From contig JAEHCO010000001.1 in the NCBI GenBank assembly GCA_020697715.1, positions 448,001 to 512,000 of the forward strand: a stretch of 64,000 bases of DNA, read 5' to 3'. The first letter of the stretch is position 1, and the number at the start of each line of letters is the position of its first letter. The DNA is from Methanobacteriota archaeon. GTDB lineage: Archaea > Thermoplasmatota > Thermoplasmata > SG8-5 > JAGLSY01. A model generated the notes under the pieces. It saw nothing but the letters and a program-made list of their open reading frames with translations, searched no databases and was not told the origin of the DNA. Of the stretch, positions 19,659 to 29,478 are shown one piece after another. The translations under genes and the position numbers were made by a program.

Positions 19659-20591
19659 TCATTTTTTCAGCCAATATGGACTGGCCAGGTCTTCATGGGC
19701 ACTATTGGCGGCTATAGCTCCTTCCGAGCAGGCTGTTATGATCTGTCTGAAGCCACCACTGACATCGCCAGCTGCATAGAACAATGGTAAATTCGTTCTC
19801 TGTTCTTTATCTGTGATGATATACCCCTCATCATCTAATTCGATCCCCAGAACTTTTATAAGATCTGTCTGAGGGATATCGCCGATCGAAATGAATGCTC
19901 CATTGAAATCCACATCCGACATTTCCGAGGTCTTCACATTTTTAATTCTCAATCCTTCCAGCATATTCTCGCCAAGGAACTCTTCGACCACGGAATCATA
20001 CATCACGTGTATGCCCATCTCCGCTATGGTCTCTTTATGTCTATCCTCGGCTCTGAGCTCATCCCTTCTGTGGATGATGGTGACATCTATGCCCAATTTC
20101 TTGAGGAATATGGCCTCGGTGGCCGCATTATTGCCTCCACCCACTATGGCCACTTTCTTGCCCTTAAAGAAGAAACCATCGCAGGTGGCGCAATATGAAA
20201 CACCTTTGCCCGTCAATCGTCCTTCGCCAGGCGCCCCAAGTCTTCTGTGCACGGAGCCAGTTACATAGATCACTGATCTAAATTGATATTCATCCTTGGA
20301 TGTCTTGACAATGAAATGATCATCTTTTTTGGAAATAGCTTCCACTTTTTCACTATCCTTGATCTCCACGTATTTCTTGGCCTGGGCACGCATCTTGTCC
20401 ATAAGATCCATGCCGGAGATCTCTTCAAAGCCAGGATAGTTCTCTATCCACGGGGCTTGGTTTGCCTGGCCGCCGTATATTCCCTTGTCAAATACAACTG
20501 CCTTCAATCCACTGCGGATGGCGTAAATGCCGGCGGTGAGACCACCTGGTCCACCTCCGATTATAGCTATGTCCTGCATGCTCATGTTCAT
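19659..20591 (-). CDS. trxB: Thioredoxin reductase
   Basis: IIGGGPGG, IENYPG, GVSYCATCDG, GGGNNA, AAGDV. Confidence 0.96.
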   Translation of the reverse strand: MNMSMQDIAIIGGGPGGLTAGIYAIRSGLKAVVFDKGIYGGQANQAPWIENYPGFEEISGMDLMDKMRAQAKKYVEIKDSEKVEAISKKDDHFIVKTSKDEYQFRSVIYVTGSVHRRLGAPGEGRLTGKGVSYCATCDGFFFKGKKVAIVGGGNNAATEAIFLKKLGIDVTIIHRRDELRAEDRHKETIAEMGIHVMYDSVVEEFLGENMLEGLRIKNVKTSEMSDVDFNGAFISIGDIPQTDLIKVLGIELDDEGYIITDKEQRTNLPLFYAAGDVSGGFRQIITACSEGAIAANSAHEDLASPYWLKK

Positions 20592-20604
20592 TTCTTCCTT
20601 TTAT

Positions 20605-20994
20605 CTATTGGAGCAATGAGTTGAGCTTCTGGACTATACTGTCCTTTGGAAGAGCTCCAACGGCTGTGTCGGCCAACTCGCCATTGACAAAGAAAAGCAT
20701 AGTGGGTATGCTCATTATGCTGTGCCTCATTGGAATGTCCCTGTTCTCATCTGTATTGAGCTTTCCAAATGCCACTTTACCCTTGTATTCTCCTGCCAGT
20801 TCATCAATGGTAGGCCCGAGCATTCTGCAAGGTCCGCACCATGGCGCCCAGCAATCTATTAGCACCACATTGTACTTCTTAACAAATTCATCGAAATTCT
20901 GATCTGTAACCGGTTCTGGTTTATCTGGCCAATCTGCTGTCATCATTAATTCCTCCAATTTTTTCTTTCTTATCATTTCCAATTCTTCGTCCAT
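20605..20994 (-). CDS. trxA: Thioredoxin
   Basis: WAPWCGPC, SIPT; archaeal DEELEMIRKKKL N-terminal helix. Confidence 0.96.
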   Translation of the reverse strand: MDEELEMIRKKKLEELMMTADWPDKPEPVTDQNFDEFVKKYNVVLIDCWAPWCGPCRMLGPTIDELAGEYKGKVAFGKLNTDENRDIPMRHSIMSIPTMLFFVNGELADTAVGALPKDSIVQKLNSLLQ

Positions 20995-21204
20995 CTATAT
21001 CATTCCCTTCCTTAACCTTTTTGGACAGGTTGGATATACATGCCCAATTTCTTATAGACTAAATATATTTTCCCTCCTTTTTAATCGCTGTTAATATTTG
21101 GTCAATAACTCCAAAAATATCAATCCAGGTCTTCCACCATGCTCTCTTAGGTCCAAATCTGGCCTATATTCAATCTTTAATAGAATAAAGTCAATACCTG
21201 CTCG

Positions 21205-21990
21205 ATGAAAGGCATCATCTGTATATCGGGAATGGACCCGTCCGGTGGGTCCGGCATTGCGGCGGATATCAGGGCCAGTTCTTACATCGGCGTCCCATGC
21301 TTTCCAGTCATATCCAGCATCGCTTCCCAGACAAATGATGATGTTCTTGACATTCAACCTGCTCCATCTCTATCTCGGCAACTGAGAGCGGCCCTGGCCT
21401 CGGATCCTGCAGCCATCAAGATAGGACTTCTGCATGCTCCAGATACCATAAGGATCGTGGCCCATGAACTAAAAAAGATGAAAGGCAAGCCGATTGTTCT
21501 GGACACCGTCTTCGCATCATCCAGTGGACACTCACTGGTCACTGAAGACCTCATATCCACCTTTATTGACACAATGATACCCCTTGCCACTATCCTCACA
21601 CCCAATATTCCAGAGGCCGAAGCTCTCACAGGCCTGGATATCCACACCCAGGATGATGTGGAAGAGGCATGCCGTCAATTACACACCATGGGGGCCAGTA
21701 ATATCATCATGAAGGGCGGCCATCTTGAAGGAGCGGAGGCCTTGGACACCCTCTTTGATGGCACATTATTCTACACATTCTCGGGGAAAAGGATCTCAGG
21801 CAAATTCAGAGGTACTGGCTGCTCATATTCCACGCTCATCACGTCTCTGATGGGCCAGGGTACGAATGTCAAGGAAGCGGTTGCAGGGGCCAAGGAACGC
21901 CTGCAAGCTGCTATCGAACGAGCCGCAGGCTCCGGCCAGTCTGCTCATCATATGCTTTTCCTGGGCGGAGTTAAGGGAGGGTCACAATGA
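21205..21990 (+). CDS. thiD: Hydroxymethylpyrimidine/phosphomethylpyrimidine kinase
   Basis: GMDPSGGSGIAAD, IKIGLL, LTPNIPEA, KGGH, GTGC. Confidence 0.93.
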   Translation: MKGIICISGMDPSGGSGIAADIRASSYIGVPCFPVISSIASQTNDDVLDIQPAPSLSRQLRAALASDPAAIKIGLLHAPDTIRIVAHELKKMKGKPIVLDTVFASSSGHSLVTEDLISTFIDTMIPLATILTPNIPEAEALTGLDIHTQDDVEEACRQLHTMGASNIIMKGGHLEGAEALDTLFDGTLFYTFSGKRISGKFRGTGCSYSTLITSLMGQGTNVKEAVAGAKERLQAAIERAAGSGQSAHHMLFLGGVKGGSQ

Positions 21991-23150
21991 GGATCGGAAT
22001 GTTCACAGATGCCTGGCTACCCACTCACGATGGGACCGTGACGTCCATCATCAAGTTCAGGGAAAGCCTGGAGAAACTGGGACACAAGGTTTTCATATTC
22101 GCTCCAGGAGACACCACGGGGCCATCGGATCATGATGACAATGTATTCCTGTTCAAGGCCAAGACCTTCAAGCAATATCCGGAATACAAGCTCGCTATAG
22201 CTCCTTCCAAATGGAAGACTGACATGATCCTGGAGAATGATATCGAGATACTGCACAATCACGGCATCGCCTTCATGGCGCTCAAGGCGATGATAGGCTC
22301 CAATCTGACCAATATTCCATGTCTTCTGAACTTTCACACATGGGTGACCGAGGTTCAGGAGTATTATCCAGTTAATCTGAATGAGGATCTGATGGTATAT
22401 CTTTCATGGATATACCTCCGGGTGCTGATCGAGAGAAGTGATGGTGTGGTGACACCCAGCGAATCCGCCATGAGGGAATTGAAGGAAAAATGTCCCAATA
22501 TGCGATATACCAATGTCGTCGCTCCAGGCATTGATTTCAATAATTTCAACCAAAATATAGATGGTTCGGGCATCAGGAAGGATCTTGGATTGGAGGATTC
22601 CGAGGTTTTGGTACACGTGGGACGCGTATCTGGTGAAAAGAACCTGGAATTGATATTCAAGGCATTACCCATCATAAAGAAAGAGAAGCCGAATGTGAAG
22701 CTTCTCGTTGTGGGAAAGGGGCCAGCCAAATCTCATTATGAGAAAATGGCTCATCAGATGGGATTACAGGACACGATCAAGTTCACTGGATTTGTAGCAG
22801 ATGAGGTCCTGCCACAATATTACGCTGCCGGAGATGCATTTGTATTGGCATCTCCTTTCGAAACTTTGGGAATAGTGATGATCGAAGCTTTGGCAATGGG
22901 ACTTCCTGTCGCGGGTTTGAACTATCGAGTTGTTCCTGATATTATCAAGGATGGCCATAATGGTCATTTGTTCAATAATGATCCAATGGACTGCGCGCGC
23001 CAGATATTGAACACTCTGAACAATAGTGATGATCTAATACCAAATACCACACCCACGGCCAAGAAATTCGATAATATGGAGAGCGGTAAGAAACTTGCCC
23101 AAGTATACAAGGAAGTTATAGACAAGTACCAGAAAGAGCGTGCTAGATAA
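21987..23150 (+). CDS. GT4 glycosyltransferase
   Basis: MRIGMFTD...P..DG, VGRVSGEKN, ETLGIVMIEALAMGLPV. Confidence 0.92.
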   Translation: MRIGMFTDAWLPTHDGTVTSIIKFRESLEKLGHKVFIFAPGDTTGPSDHDDNVFLFKAKTFKQYPEYKLAIAPSKWKTDMILENDIEILHNHGIAFMALKAMIGSNLTNIPCLLNFHTWVTEVQEYYPVNLNEDLMVYLSWIYLRVLIERSDGVVTPSESAMRELKEKCPNMRYTNVVAPGIDFNNFNQNIDGSGIRKDLGLEDSEVLVHVGRVSGEKNLELIFKALPIIKKEKPNVKLLVVGKGPAKSHYEKMAHQMGLQDTIKFTGFVADEVLPQYYAAGDAFVLASPFETLGIVMIEALAMGLPVAGLNYRVVPDIIKDGHNGHLFNNDPMDCARQILNTLNNSDDLIPNTTPTAKKFDNMESGKKLAQVYKEVIDKYQKERAR

Positions 23151-23199
23151 TTCTATAGATCATGATTTTACTAATCGCCCAGACCAGTTCGATCTACAA

Positions 23200-24081
23200 C
23201 TAATTCTCAATGACCTCTTCCACAGTTATCTCGAATATCAATGTCTTGCCAACAACCTCTGAATTGTAATCGAGGGTGTATGTTCCAGCAACGGTATCAA
23301 CGCCACTTAACATGAAGGGTGCGACATTGTTATTGGAATAGATATTGTTCGCGTCAGCTTCTGTCACGAGGTGTTTGATAGTGATCTCTCCGCCATTGGT
23401 CGCACTGTCTATTCCAGTGACCTCGTAATCCCAGGCTTCAACGTATTCAAATATCTGTCCAACCGATGGCTCGTATTTCAATATGACCTCATCAGCATTT
23501 TCATCCACAAAGTACACGCTGGTATCCCAACCCCATACAGCGTCAGTAACAGTCATACCAACTACTGGCTCTATGGAATAGGTGTTCACAAAGCTGGATG
23601 TATTGAATTCCGTCGTATACATCGGGATCGTGTCAATTATGTCAAAGGTCCTCATGAGTTCAGGATCTGAATCTCCATAGGCCTTGTCGGATGGAATGGT
23701 CACTTTCTTGGTCTGGCCTACAGCCATACCGATGACTCCTTTCTCGAATCCCTCAACGACCTCATGCTCTCCCACTGTGAAGGAAAGGGTTGTGTAAGTG
23801 GTTCTTGGGGTGAAAGAGAAAGATTTTGGATACAAAGCGTCATTTTCAGCAACTTCTACATGGGATGTGTCAAAGACAGTACCATCCTCGAACATTCCAG
23901 TATAATTCACCAATACTTTGTCCCCTAACTCGACATATACATAGGATCCTTCAAAAGCATCCTGGGAATCATTCATATTATTATAGCTAACAACACCCAC
24001 AATGGATAGAACGATCACCACTATGATGGTCACGATAATCTTCATGTCAAAGAATCCTTCAGAGTCATTACTTTTAGCCAT
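23200..24081 (-). CDS. Membrane-anchored FKBP-type peptidyl-prolyl isomerase with long insert
   Basis: N-terminal TM; VNYTGMFEDGTVFDTS, VVEGFEKG, AYG, LDYN...GKTLIFEITV. Confidence 0.9.
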   Translation of the reverse strand: MAKSNDSEGFFDMKIIVTIIVVIVLSIVGVVSYNNMNDSQDAFEGSYVYVELGDKVLVNYTGMFEDGTVFDTSHVEVAENDALYPKSFSFTPRTTYTTLSFTVGEHEVVEGFEKGVIGMAVGQTKKVTIPSDKAYGDSDPELMRTFDIIDTIPMYTTEFNTSSFVNTYSIEPVVGMTVTDAVWGWDTSVYFVDENADEVILKYEPSVGQIFEYVEAWDYEVTGIDSATNGGEITIKHLVTEADANNIYSNNNVAPFMLSGVDTVAGTYTLDYNSEVVGKTLIFEITVEEVIEN

Positions 24082-24099
24082 AATATCCCTTCTTCAAAT

Positions 24100-24136
24100 T
24101 GAATAAAAAAATAAATTGGAGGCATTGCCTCCAATT
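24100..24136 (-). terminator. Hairpin + U-tract terminator downstream of the 24136-24387 gene
   Basis: Perfect inverted repeat AATTGGAGGCA-T-TGCCTCCAATT (24114-24136) followed on the minus strand by TATTTTTTTATT. Confidence 0.7.
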
Positions 24137-24387
24137 CACATATTTTTTATTTTGTCAGCTACGAAAGATCTAATCTCTTCGTCATCTGGGATGGTGAGTG
24201 ATTTCTTGAATCTCTCGCTTCCATCTGGGAGATAGTATCCCCTGGAGACTGAAATAAACTCATTCTCCCCATCATCTGTCTTCGCCCTCTTCCTTGCGAT
24301 CTCAAGGAAATTGTTCCTTCCGAAGTTCACTTTCTCGCTGGCTACTGTTTCAAATTCTACTCTTGATCTTGGTTCATATTCGTCCAT
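24136..24387 (-). CDS. Small hypothetical protein, possibly PC4/PUR-like nucleic-acid-binding fold
   Basis: Beta-rich FGRNNFLEIARK...EFISVSRGYY...KKSLTIP plus C-terminal helix; ATG 24387; has its own terminator. Confidence 0.65.
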   Translation of the reverse strand: MDEYEPRSRVEFETVASEKVNFGRNNFLEIARKRAKTDDGENEFISVSRGYYLPDGSERFKKSLTIPDDEEIRSFVADKIKNM

Positions 24388-24666
24388 TTCAATCAATCCT
24401 TTTTGTGGTTTATCTTTAGGAATTTTATATAACTACTCCCCAAAGTAAAGCCCCTCAATTACTTATATATTATAAAGGTTTGTATAATTATACATATTAA
24501 TATTGTATCTACTAACATATAGATTGTTATATGTATATATGGGCTGATAAGATCGATGCCAGTAACAGAATCGAATCAAACACTTTACTGTTGACATGTT
24601 TTGGGTCGTGTTAGATCTTCTAAATGCGTGGGATAAATTTGTAAAGTCGCATTTAGAAAAAAAACA

Positions 24667-24739
24667 TGCGGTAGGCCGGACTCGAACCAGCGACTTCAAG
24701 ATCTTCAGTCTTGCACTCTCCCAACTGAGTTACTACCGC
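24667..24739 (-). tRNA. tRNA-Phe (GAA), intronless, CCA not encoded
   Basis: GCGGTAG acceptor pairs with CTACCGC; anticodon arm CAAGA-CTGAAGA-TCTTG; T-loop GGTTCGAGTCC; followed by a T-tract. Confidence 0.97.
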
Positions 24740-24921
24740 TTTTTGCTGATAGGGTCGAACATCATTCGCACGATGCCGTCCTCATATCACACCAGGGCAA
24801 TCAGTGAAGCCCTACATTAACTTTACTGAATAATCACCAAGCTTGAATAGCTCATCACCTAAGCTTTATCAGAAGGCATTCAACAAAAACACTTTTAATA
24901 TCGCGTCCATTACGCTCTGTT

Positions 24922-25632
24922 ATGCAGGAAGCACCTGAGGTATCTGTCGTCATACCCACGATGAACGAGGAAGAATCCATTGGTGAGGTAATGGACGCTG
25001 TCAACCAAGCCCTTGAAGGTATGGCATTCGAGGTAATGATAGTGGATACCAATTCCAAGGACCGGACAAGAGAGATAGCCGTATCCAAGGGAGCCAGAGT
25101 GATCGACGAGCCCAGGCGGGGCTATGGCCGGGCTTATAAATCAGGATTCAAGCAGGCCAAAGGCATTTTCATAGCCACACTGGATGCGGATTGTACGTAT
25201 CCAGCAGGTGATATTCCCAAATTCATCAGCATACTCAAGGAACAGAACCTTGACTTCATATCCGGTGATAGATTGACCAACCTGAATAAGGAAGCCATGA
25301 ATGCCAAGCACCGACTGGGAAATAAGCTATTGAACATAGGGGCGCGAGTGTGCTTCAGCTTCAGGACCGCGGACTCACAGACTGGTATGTGGGTGTTCAG
25401 AAGAGAGATATTATCCAAGCTCAATATGACAAGTGATCAGATGGCCTTTTCAGAGGAGATCAAGGTGGAGGCGAATGAGAAGGTCAGATATCTGGAAGTT
25501 CCGATCGTATACAGTCCGCGTAAAGGCGAGGTCAAACTGAATACCTGGAAGGATGGATTCAATAATCTCATGTTCTTCCCCAGTAAGAGATGGGGAAAGG
25601 TCAGCAAGCTCAAGGGTGAGAAGCTGGCTTGA
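24922..25632 (+). CDS. GT2 glycosyltransferase (Dol-P-mannosyltransferase-like)
   Basis: VSVVIPTMNEEESI, IVDTNSKD, GYGRAY, TLDADCTY, DSQTG. Confidence 0.92.
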   Translation: MQEAPEVSVVIPTMNEEESIGEVMDAVNQALEGMAFEVMIVDTNSKDRTREIAVSKGARVIDEPRRGYGRAYKSGFKQAKGIFIATLDADCTYPAGDIPKFISILKEQNLDFISGDRLTNLNKEAMNAKHRLGNKLLNIGARVCFSFRTADSQTGMWVFRREILSKLNMTSDQMAFSEEIKVEANEKVRYLEVPIVYSPRKGEVKLNTWKDGFNNLMFFPSKRWGKVSKLKGEKLA

Positions 25633-25653
25633 TCATAATTTTCATTTAATAGA

Positions 25654-26442
25654 TCAGGCGAGCCAGAAAGTGAATGGAATAAGCACTGCCAACAATCCAA
25701 ATAGTATGCAGAACTTTGAGAAATCCACTCGTTTAGCGACTGCCATCAATAGATCCATTGTGAAGAAGCCGAATATGAAGGCAAAGAACCCTGCCACCAA
25801 ATATGGTGTGATACCGACGGATGCCAAGTCCCCGAATACGATGAAATACAATGCTGCGAAAATAGATACTGGCACAGATAGAAGGAAAGAGAATTTCATG
25901 CTGGCTACTTTATCATAATCTCTCATTAACAAGGTTGCCACGGTCATTCCCGATCTGCTGATCCCTGGCAAAACAGAAAGACCTTGAGCGACTCCCAATA
26001 CGATATAATCCTTGTAATTTGCCTTTGAGAGTTTCTTAGGCTTGATCTTATATTCCGCCCTTATTATGAATCCAGTGAGTATGAGTGCCATTCCGATGAA
26101 GACGGTGATAGTGTCTCCAGTCCATAGATTGCTCTCAAAGGTCTCTTCAAGAAGAAGAAGTAATGGGAGAGCGGAGATTATCGAGATGAGTGTGACCGCC
26201 CAGTAGAATAGAGGGATCTTTCCAGAGGTGGGATCCACCATTTGTAATAGGTCCCTGGGATATTTCATGACCACGGAAAAAGCCGTACCGAGATGAATAG
26301 CCAGTCCAAGAGATATGGCCAATCTAGGATCCAGACCAAAGCCATTTATCAGTATTATCGACGATTGCCCCGAGCTGGAGATGGGGAGCCATTCAGTCAC
26401 TCCCTGCATTATTCCAAGTACTATCGCGGTCCACCAATCCAT
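25654..26442 (-). CDS. uppP: Undecaprenyl/polyprenyl-diphosphate phosphatase (BacA family)
   Basis: QGVTEWLPISSSG, HLGT, QGLSVLPGISRSG, FSFLLSVP. Confidence 0.93.
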   Translation of the reverse strand: MDWWTAIVLGIMQGVTEWLPISSSGQSSIILINGFGLDPRLAISLGLAIHLGTAFSVVMKYPRDLLQMVDPTSGKIPLFYWAVTLISIISALPLLLLLEETFESNLWTGDTITVFIGMALILTGFIIRAEYKIKPKKLSKANYKDYIVLGVAQGLSVLPGISRSGMTVATLLMRDYDKVASMKFSFLLSVPVSIFAALYFIVFGDLASVGITPYLVAGFFAFIFGFFTMDLLMAVAKRVDFSKFCILFGLLAVLIPFTFWLA

Positions 26443-26510
26443 GTTTTGGATATTGTATTAATGGATATAATATTAATTGATGTGCTGAGGTCGATTATGG
26501 GTTCAATAGT

Positions 26511-26583
26511 AATTACTGCGTGCTCTTCGTAATATTAACTCCTTCAACAACGACATGTGGTGTTTTCACTAGCAATCCAACTT
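26511..26583 (-). repeat. Displaced 73-bp copy of the tldE/pmbA 3' end (direct repeat of 26682-26754)
   Basis: 68/73 identity; the five mismatches are synonymous third-position transitions; encodes the same VGLLVKTPHVVVEGVNITKSTQ-stop. Confidence 0.95.
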
Positions 26584-26585
26584 TT

Positions 26586-26681
26586 CCCACCCCACTTTTT
26601 TCTTTAACCTCGCTGTGCTGGCCGGGCTCCAAAGAAAAAAGACGGACAAATAAAGAAACTCGCCCGTCTCTGCTCGCTCGG
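26586..26681 (-). mobile_element. Short structured repeat element, copy A (pseudoknot/triple-helix candidate)
   Basis: Homologous to 35446-35544; 11-bp stem 26595-26605/26631-26641; second stem 26621-26627/26662-26668; flanked by the 73-bp duplication. The repeat is seen directly; mobility is inferred. Confidence 0.7.
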
Positions 26682-26683
26682 AA

Positions 26684-28006
26684 TTACTGCGTGCTCTTCG
26701 TAATATTAACTCCTTCAACAACGACATGTGGCGTCTTCACCAGTAACCCAACTTCCCACCAACGTATCTGCTCCGGGTCATTCCCAATATGTTTAATTCG
26801 ATTCAACATATCGGGCATATTCTCCGATATCCGAATGTCCTTGACCGCGCCAGTGATCTTCCCATCCTTGATCTCGAAGACCGCGTCCCTGGGGATGGTG
26901 GAGAAATCCCCAGTTTGATAATTCTGGAATCTCGTGTACCACAAGTTCGTGATGTATAGACCATCTTTGATATCCGCTATCATATCATCTTTAGACATGC
27001 TTCCGGGCGTGATAGCGCAGTTCCACGCTCTCGGGAATACCAAACCCGCATTCCCGGTAGATACGGCGTCATTTAGCTTCGCCGTGCTTGTATTGTGCAG
27101 ATAGGTCTTCAATACCCCATTCTCGATTATCACATTCTTCTGGGTCGGTACCCCTTCACCATCGAAAGGAGGGGATACGACCATCTTCGGATCCGTGCCA
27201 TCATCTATCATTGTGAGGAATTCCGGCCCCACTTTCTCACCGATCTTATCCTTGAAGAAGGACATTCCCGCATCCACGCTTCCAGCAGAAGCCGAGCCTG
27301 CAGCTCTTTCCAGGAAATTTGCAAAGGCCAGTGGGGTGAAGAGAACGTCCACCTTCCCTGTTTTTCCCAGGGAAGGGTTCAATGCTTCCTTCGCCATCAT
27401 GCCAGCTTCCATGCCAATTCTTATGGGATCAAGTTCATCCATATTGCTGACTGATTGTACCATGTGCCCGCTGGCTTCCTTGGACGCGAATGCTCTGAGA
27501 GATATGTCCATGTCGGATCCCGTTTGGCTGCCGATAACATCGCCACTGGTGGCCAGATGCACGGTCCCGCTGGATGAATACAAAACTCCGGCGACCCTAT
27601 TGGCCCCATTCCTCATGGCCGAGTCAATGGCCTGGCCAGTAAGTTCAACAAGCTCCCCCTCCAGATCGGAGATCCTCTTATCATGACCCTCATTTCTATA
27701 ATTGAAGGGGCCATCCGCGATCCCCTGGTAATTCTCGCTCTCTGCCATCATCTTGATGAATGCCAGCATATCGTTAATTGTCTTGTCCAGTGTGTGGAGG
27801 TCATTCACACTGGTGTACATGATCTTCCTGTCTTTGGCCAGGAAGATGTCCACCCCGGTGGATTCCCAGGTCTTGGTTATGGCAACCTCGCTATTGGTGA
27901 ACTTCACTTGTTTTCGCTCACCTTCATGAGCTGAACACACAATGTCATCCGCTCCCTTCTTCCTCGCCTGGTCCACCACGTATCCGGGTATATCTGAAAT
28001 ATCCAT
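26684..28006 (-). CDS. pmbA: TldE/PmbA-family protein
   Basis: FDGEGVPT...IIENGVLKTYLHN, STGNAG, TGDFS; no HExxH; paired with TldD. Confidence 0.9.
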   Translation of the reverse strand: MDISDIPGYVVDQARKKGADDIVCSAHEGERKQVKFTNSEVAITKTWESTGVDIFLAKDRKIMYTSVNDLHTLDKTINDMLAFIKMMAESENYQGIADGPFNYRNEGHDKRISDLEGELVELTGQAIDSAMRNGANRVAGVLYSSSGTVHLATSGDVIGSQTGSDMDISLRAFASKEASGHMVQSVSNMDELDPIRIGMEAGMMAKEALNPSLGKTGKVDVLFTPLAFANFLERAAGSASAGSVDAGMSFFKDKIGEKVGPEFLTMIDDGTDPKMVVSPPFDGEGVPTQKNVIIENGVLKTYLHNTSTAKLNDAVSTGNAGLVFPRAWNCAITPGSMSKDDMIADIKDGLYITNLWYTRFQNYQTGDFSTIPRDAVFEIKDGKITGAVKDIRISENMPDMLNRIKHIGNDPEQIRWWEVGLLVKTPHVVVEGVNITKSTQ

Positions 28007-29422
28007 TTATTCACCCCCCAGCTTGATATTCCTCAGCCTGATATGAGGGCCTCCGGTGAACACAGCAATGCCCTGTCCAGGCTCTCCCTTTCCGCAAGTG
28101 GCGGCAGTGAAACCCACTTCTTTTCCAACAGCATCTATCGCGCTCCAGAAGGCTGGTGTGGTCATTTCCAGAATTGGAGCTTTGACCGGCGCTCCGATCC
28201 TGCCATTCTCGATAAGATAAGCCTCTCTGCCGATGTAACGTTGATTGTAACGCTTGTCATCGATATTCCACTCCATGAAGGAGTTCATCAGAACACCCAG
28301 CTTAACATCCTCCACCAATTCTTCTAAAGAATATTCGCCAGGTTTCACATAGGTATTCGCCATCCTGACTATGGCCTCTCGATCGTAATTCTTGGATCGA
28401 GAAGAACCATTGCTCTCCACTCCCATCCTGGCCGCGCTTTCCCTATTGTGGAGGAAATCGTTTATTTTACCATCTTTGATCAATTCTCTGGGTCTGGCCT
28501 CAATGCCTTCATCATCATATAGATAGAACCCGTAGGAATTCTCCAGTGTGGGATCATCTATCACGGTCGCCACTTCACTCCCTATCTGCTGCCCCATCAT
28601 GTCCTCGGATACGAAGGATTCACCGGCCTGGGCGGCTTCTCTTCCCAGTATTCGATCACCCTCATACGGATGCCCACAGCTTTCATGTGCGGCGATGCCA
28701 GTGACTTCCGGCCCCAGCACCATGTCCACCAATTCCTTCGGAGCCTTGATGCCTTCCTTCATGTTCTTGTGTGTCATCTTGATCTCATTGCCCAGAAAGT
28801 GTGATAACTTATCGATATCCATGAACTCCCAGCCACTTGCCGCTCCCAGTTGAAGCATCGCCTGTGCGGTGCGTCCGTCCTCAAGGATGGTTCCCAGCAT
28901 GAACAGATGTAATCTCGGGATACTGGAGGCTATTTTCGACCCCTCGGAATTGCAGAAATATTTCTCCCTATGTTCGATGCCCAGGCTGAAATAACTACCC
29001 ACGAGATTTTCAGATGGCAGGGCCTTCTCTATTTCAGATAAAGCCCTGAGTACATCCTCTGGACCGATATTCGAAATGTTCTTTTTCTGGAAAACACTGT
29101 AATCCTTGATATTGGCCTTTCCCTCGGCGAACTCCAGTGGATTCTTCATGATCCTGGAAGACGCCCTGGCAGTTCTGACACTCCTCTCACATGCGGCCAG
29201 TACGGAATCCCTGTCCAGTCTATTGGTGGATGCGAAGGCCAATGCCCCATTCACCTTCACCCTGATACCGATGCCCGCATCCCGCTCGAATCCAGAGACC
29301 TCGGGGTTGCCATTTTTCAGGAGAGAATCCTGCCCTGAAACGAATTCCATACGTGCCTCTGCGTATTCCGCACCCAGTTCCCGCGCCTTGCTCACTGCTA
29401 TCTCTGCTAGATCTCTATCCAT
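28007..29422 (-). CDS. tldD: TldD-family metalloprotease
   Basis: HESCGHPYEGDR, YDDEG, VRMANTY, CGKGEPGQ...GGPH; ATG 29422 follows GGAGG. Confidence 0.93.
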   Translation of the reverse strand: MDRDLAEIAVSKARELGAEYAEARMEFVSGQDSLLKNGNPEVSGFERDAGIGIRVKVNGALAFASTNRLDRDSVLAACERSVRTARASSRIMKNPLEFAEGKANIKDYSVFQKKNISNIGPEDVLRALSEIEKALPSENLVGSYFSLGIEHREKYFCNSEGSKIASSIPRLHLFMLGTILEDGRTAQAMLQLGAASGWEFMDIDKLSHFLGNEIKMTHKNMKEGIKAPKELVDMVLGPEVTGIAAHESCGHPYEGDRILGREAAQAGESFVSEDMMGQQIGSEVATVIDDPTLENSYGFYLYDDEGIEARPRELIKDGKINDFLHNRESAARMGVESNGSSRSKNYDREAIVRMANTYVKPGEYSLEELVEDVKLGVLMNSFMEWNIDDKRYNQRYIGREAYLIENGRIGAPVKAPILEMTTPAFWSAIDAVGKEVGFTAATCGKGEPGQGIAVFTGGPHIRLRNIKLGGE

Positions 29423-29478
29423 ATCCGATTCCTCCATTTCATTCCGGAATCTTGAAAGCAATCACTATGATCTCGCTT

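Noticed and set aside
24400-24920. Integrated element at tRNA-Phe
   Set aside because: No integrase and no duplicated tRNA 3' end seen in the window
26586-26681. HDV-like ribozyme
   Set aside because: P1/P2 crossing is similar, but only GGA separates P2 from P1', so there is no P3/L3 or P1.1
26511-26754. DGR template/variable repeat pair (4 of 5 mismatches are A in the displaced copy, gene orientation)
   Set aside because: One mismatch is at a non-A position, all changes are synonymous, the many other adenines are unchanged, and no reverse transcriptase is in the window
26511-26760. CRISPR mini-array
   Set aside because: Only two 73-bp repeats, and they are coding sequence; no cas genes
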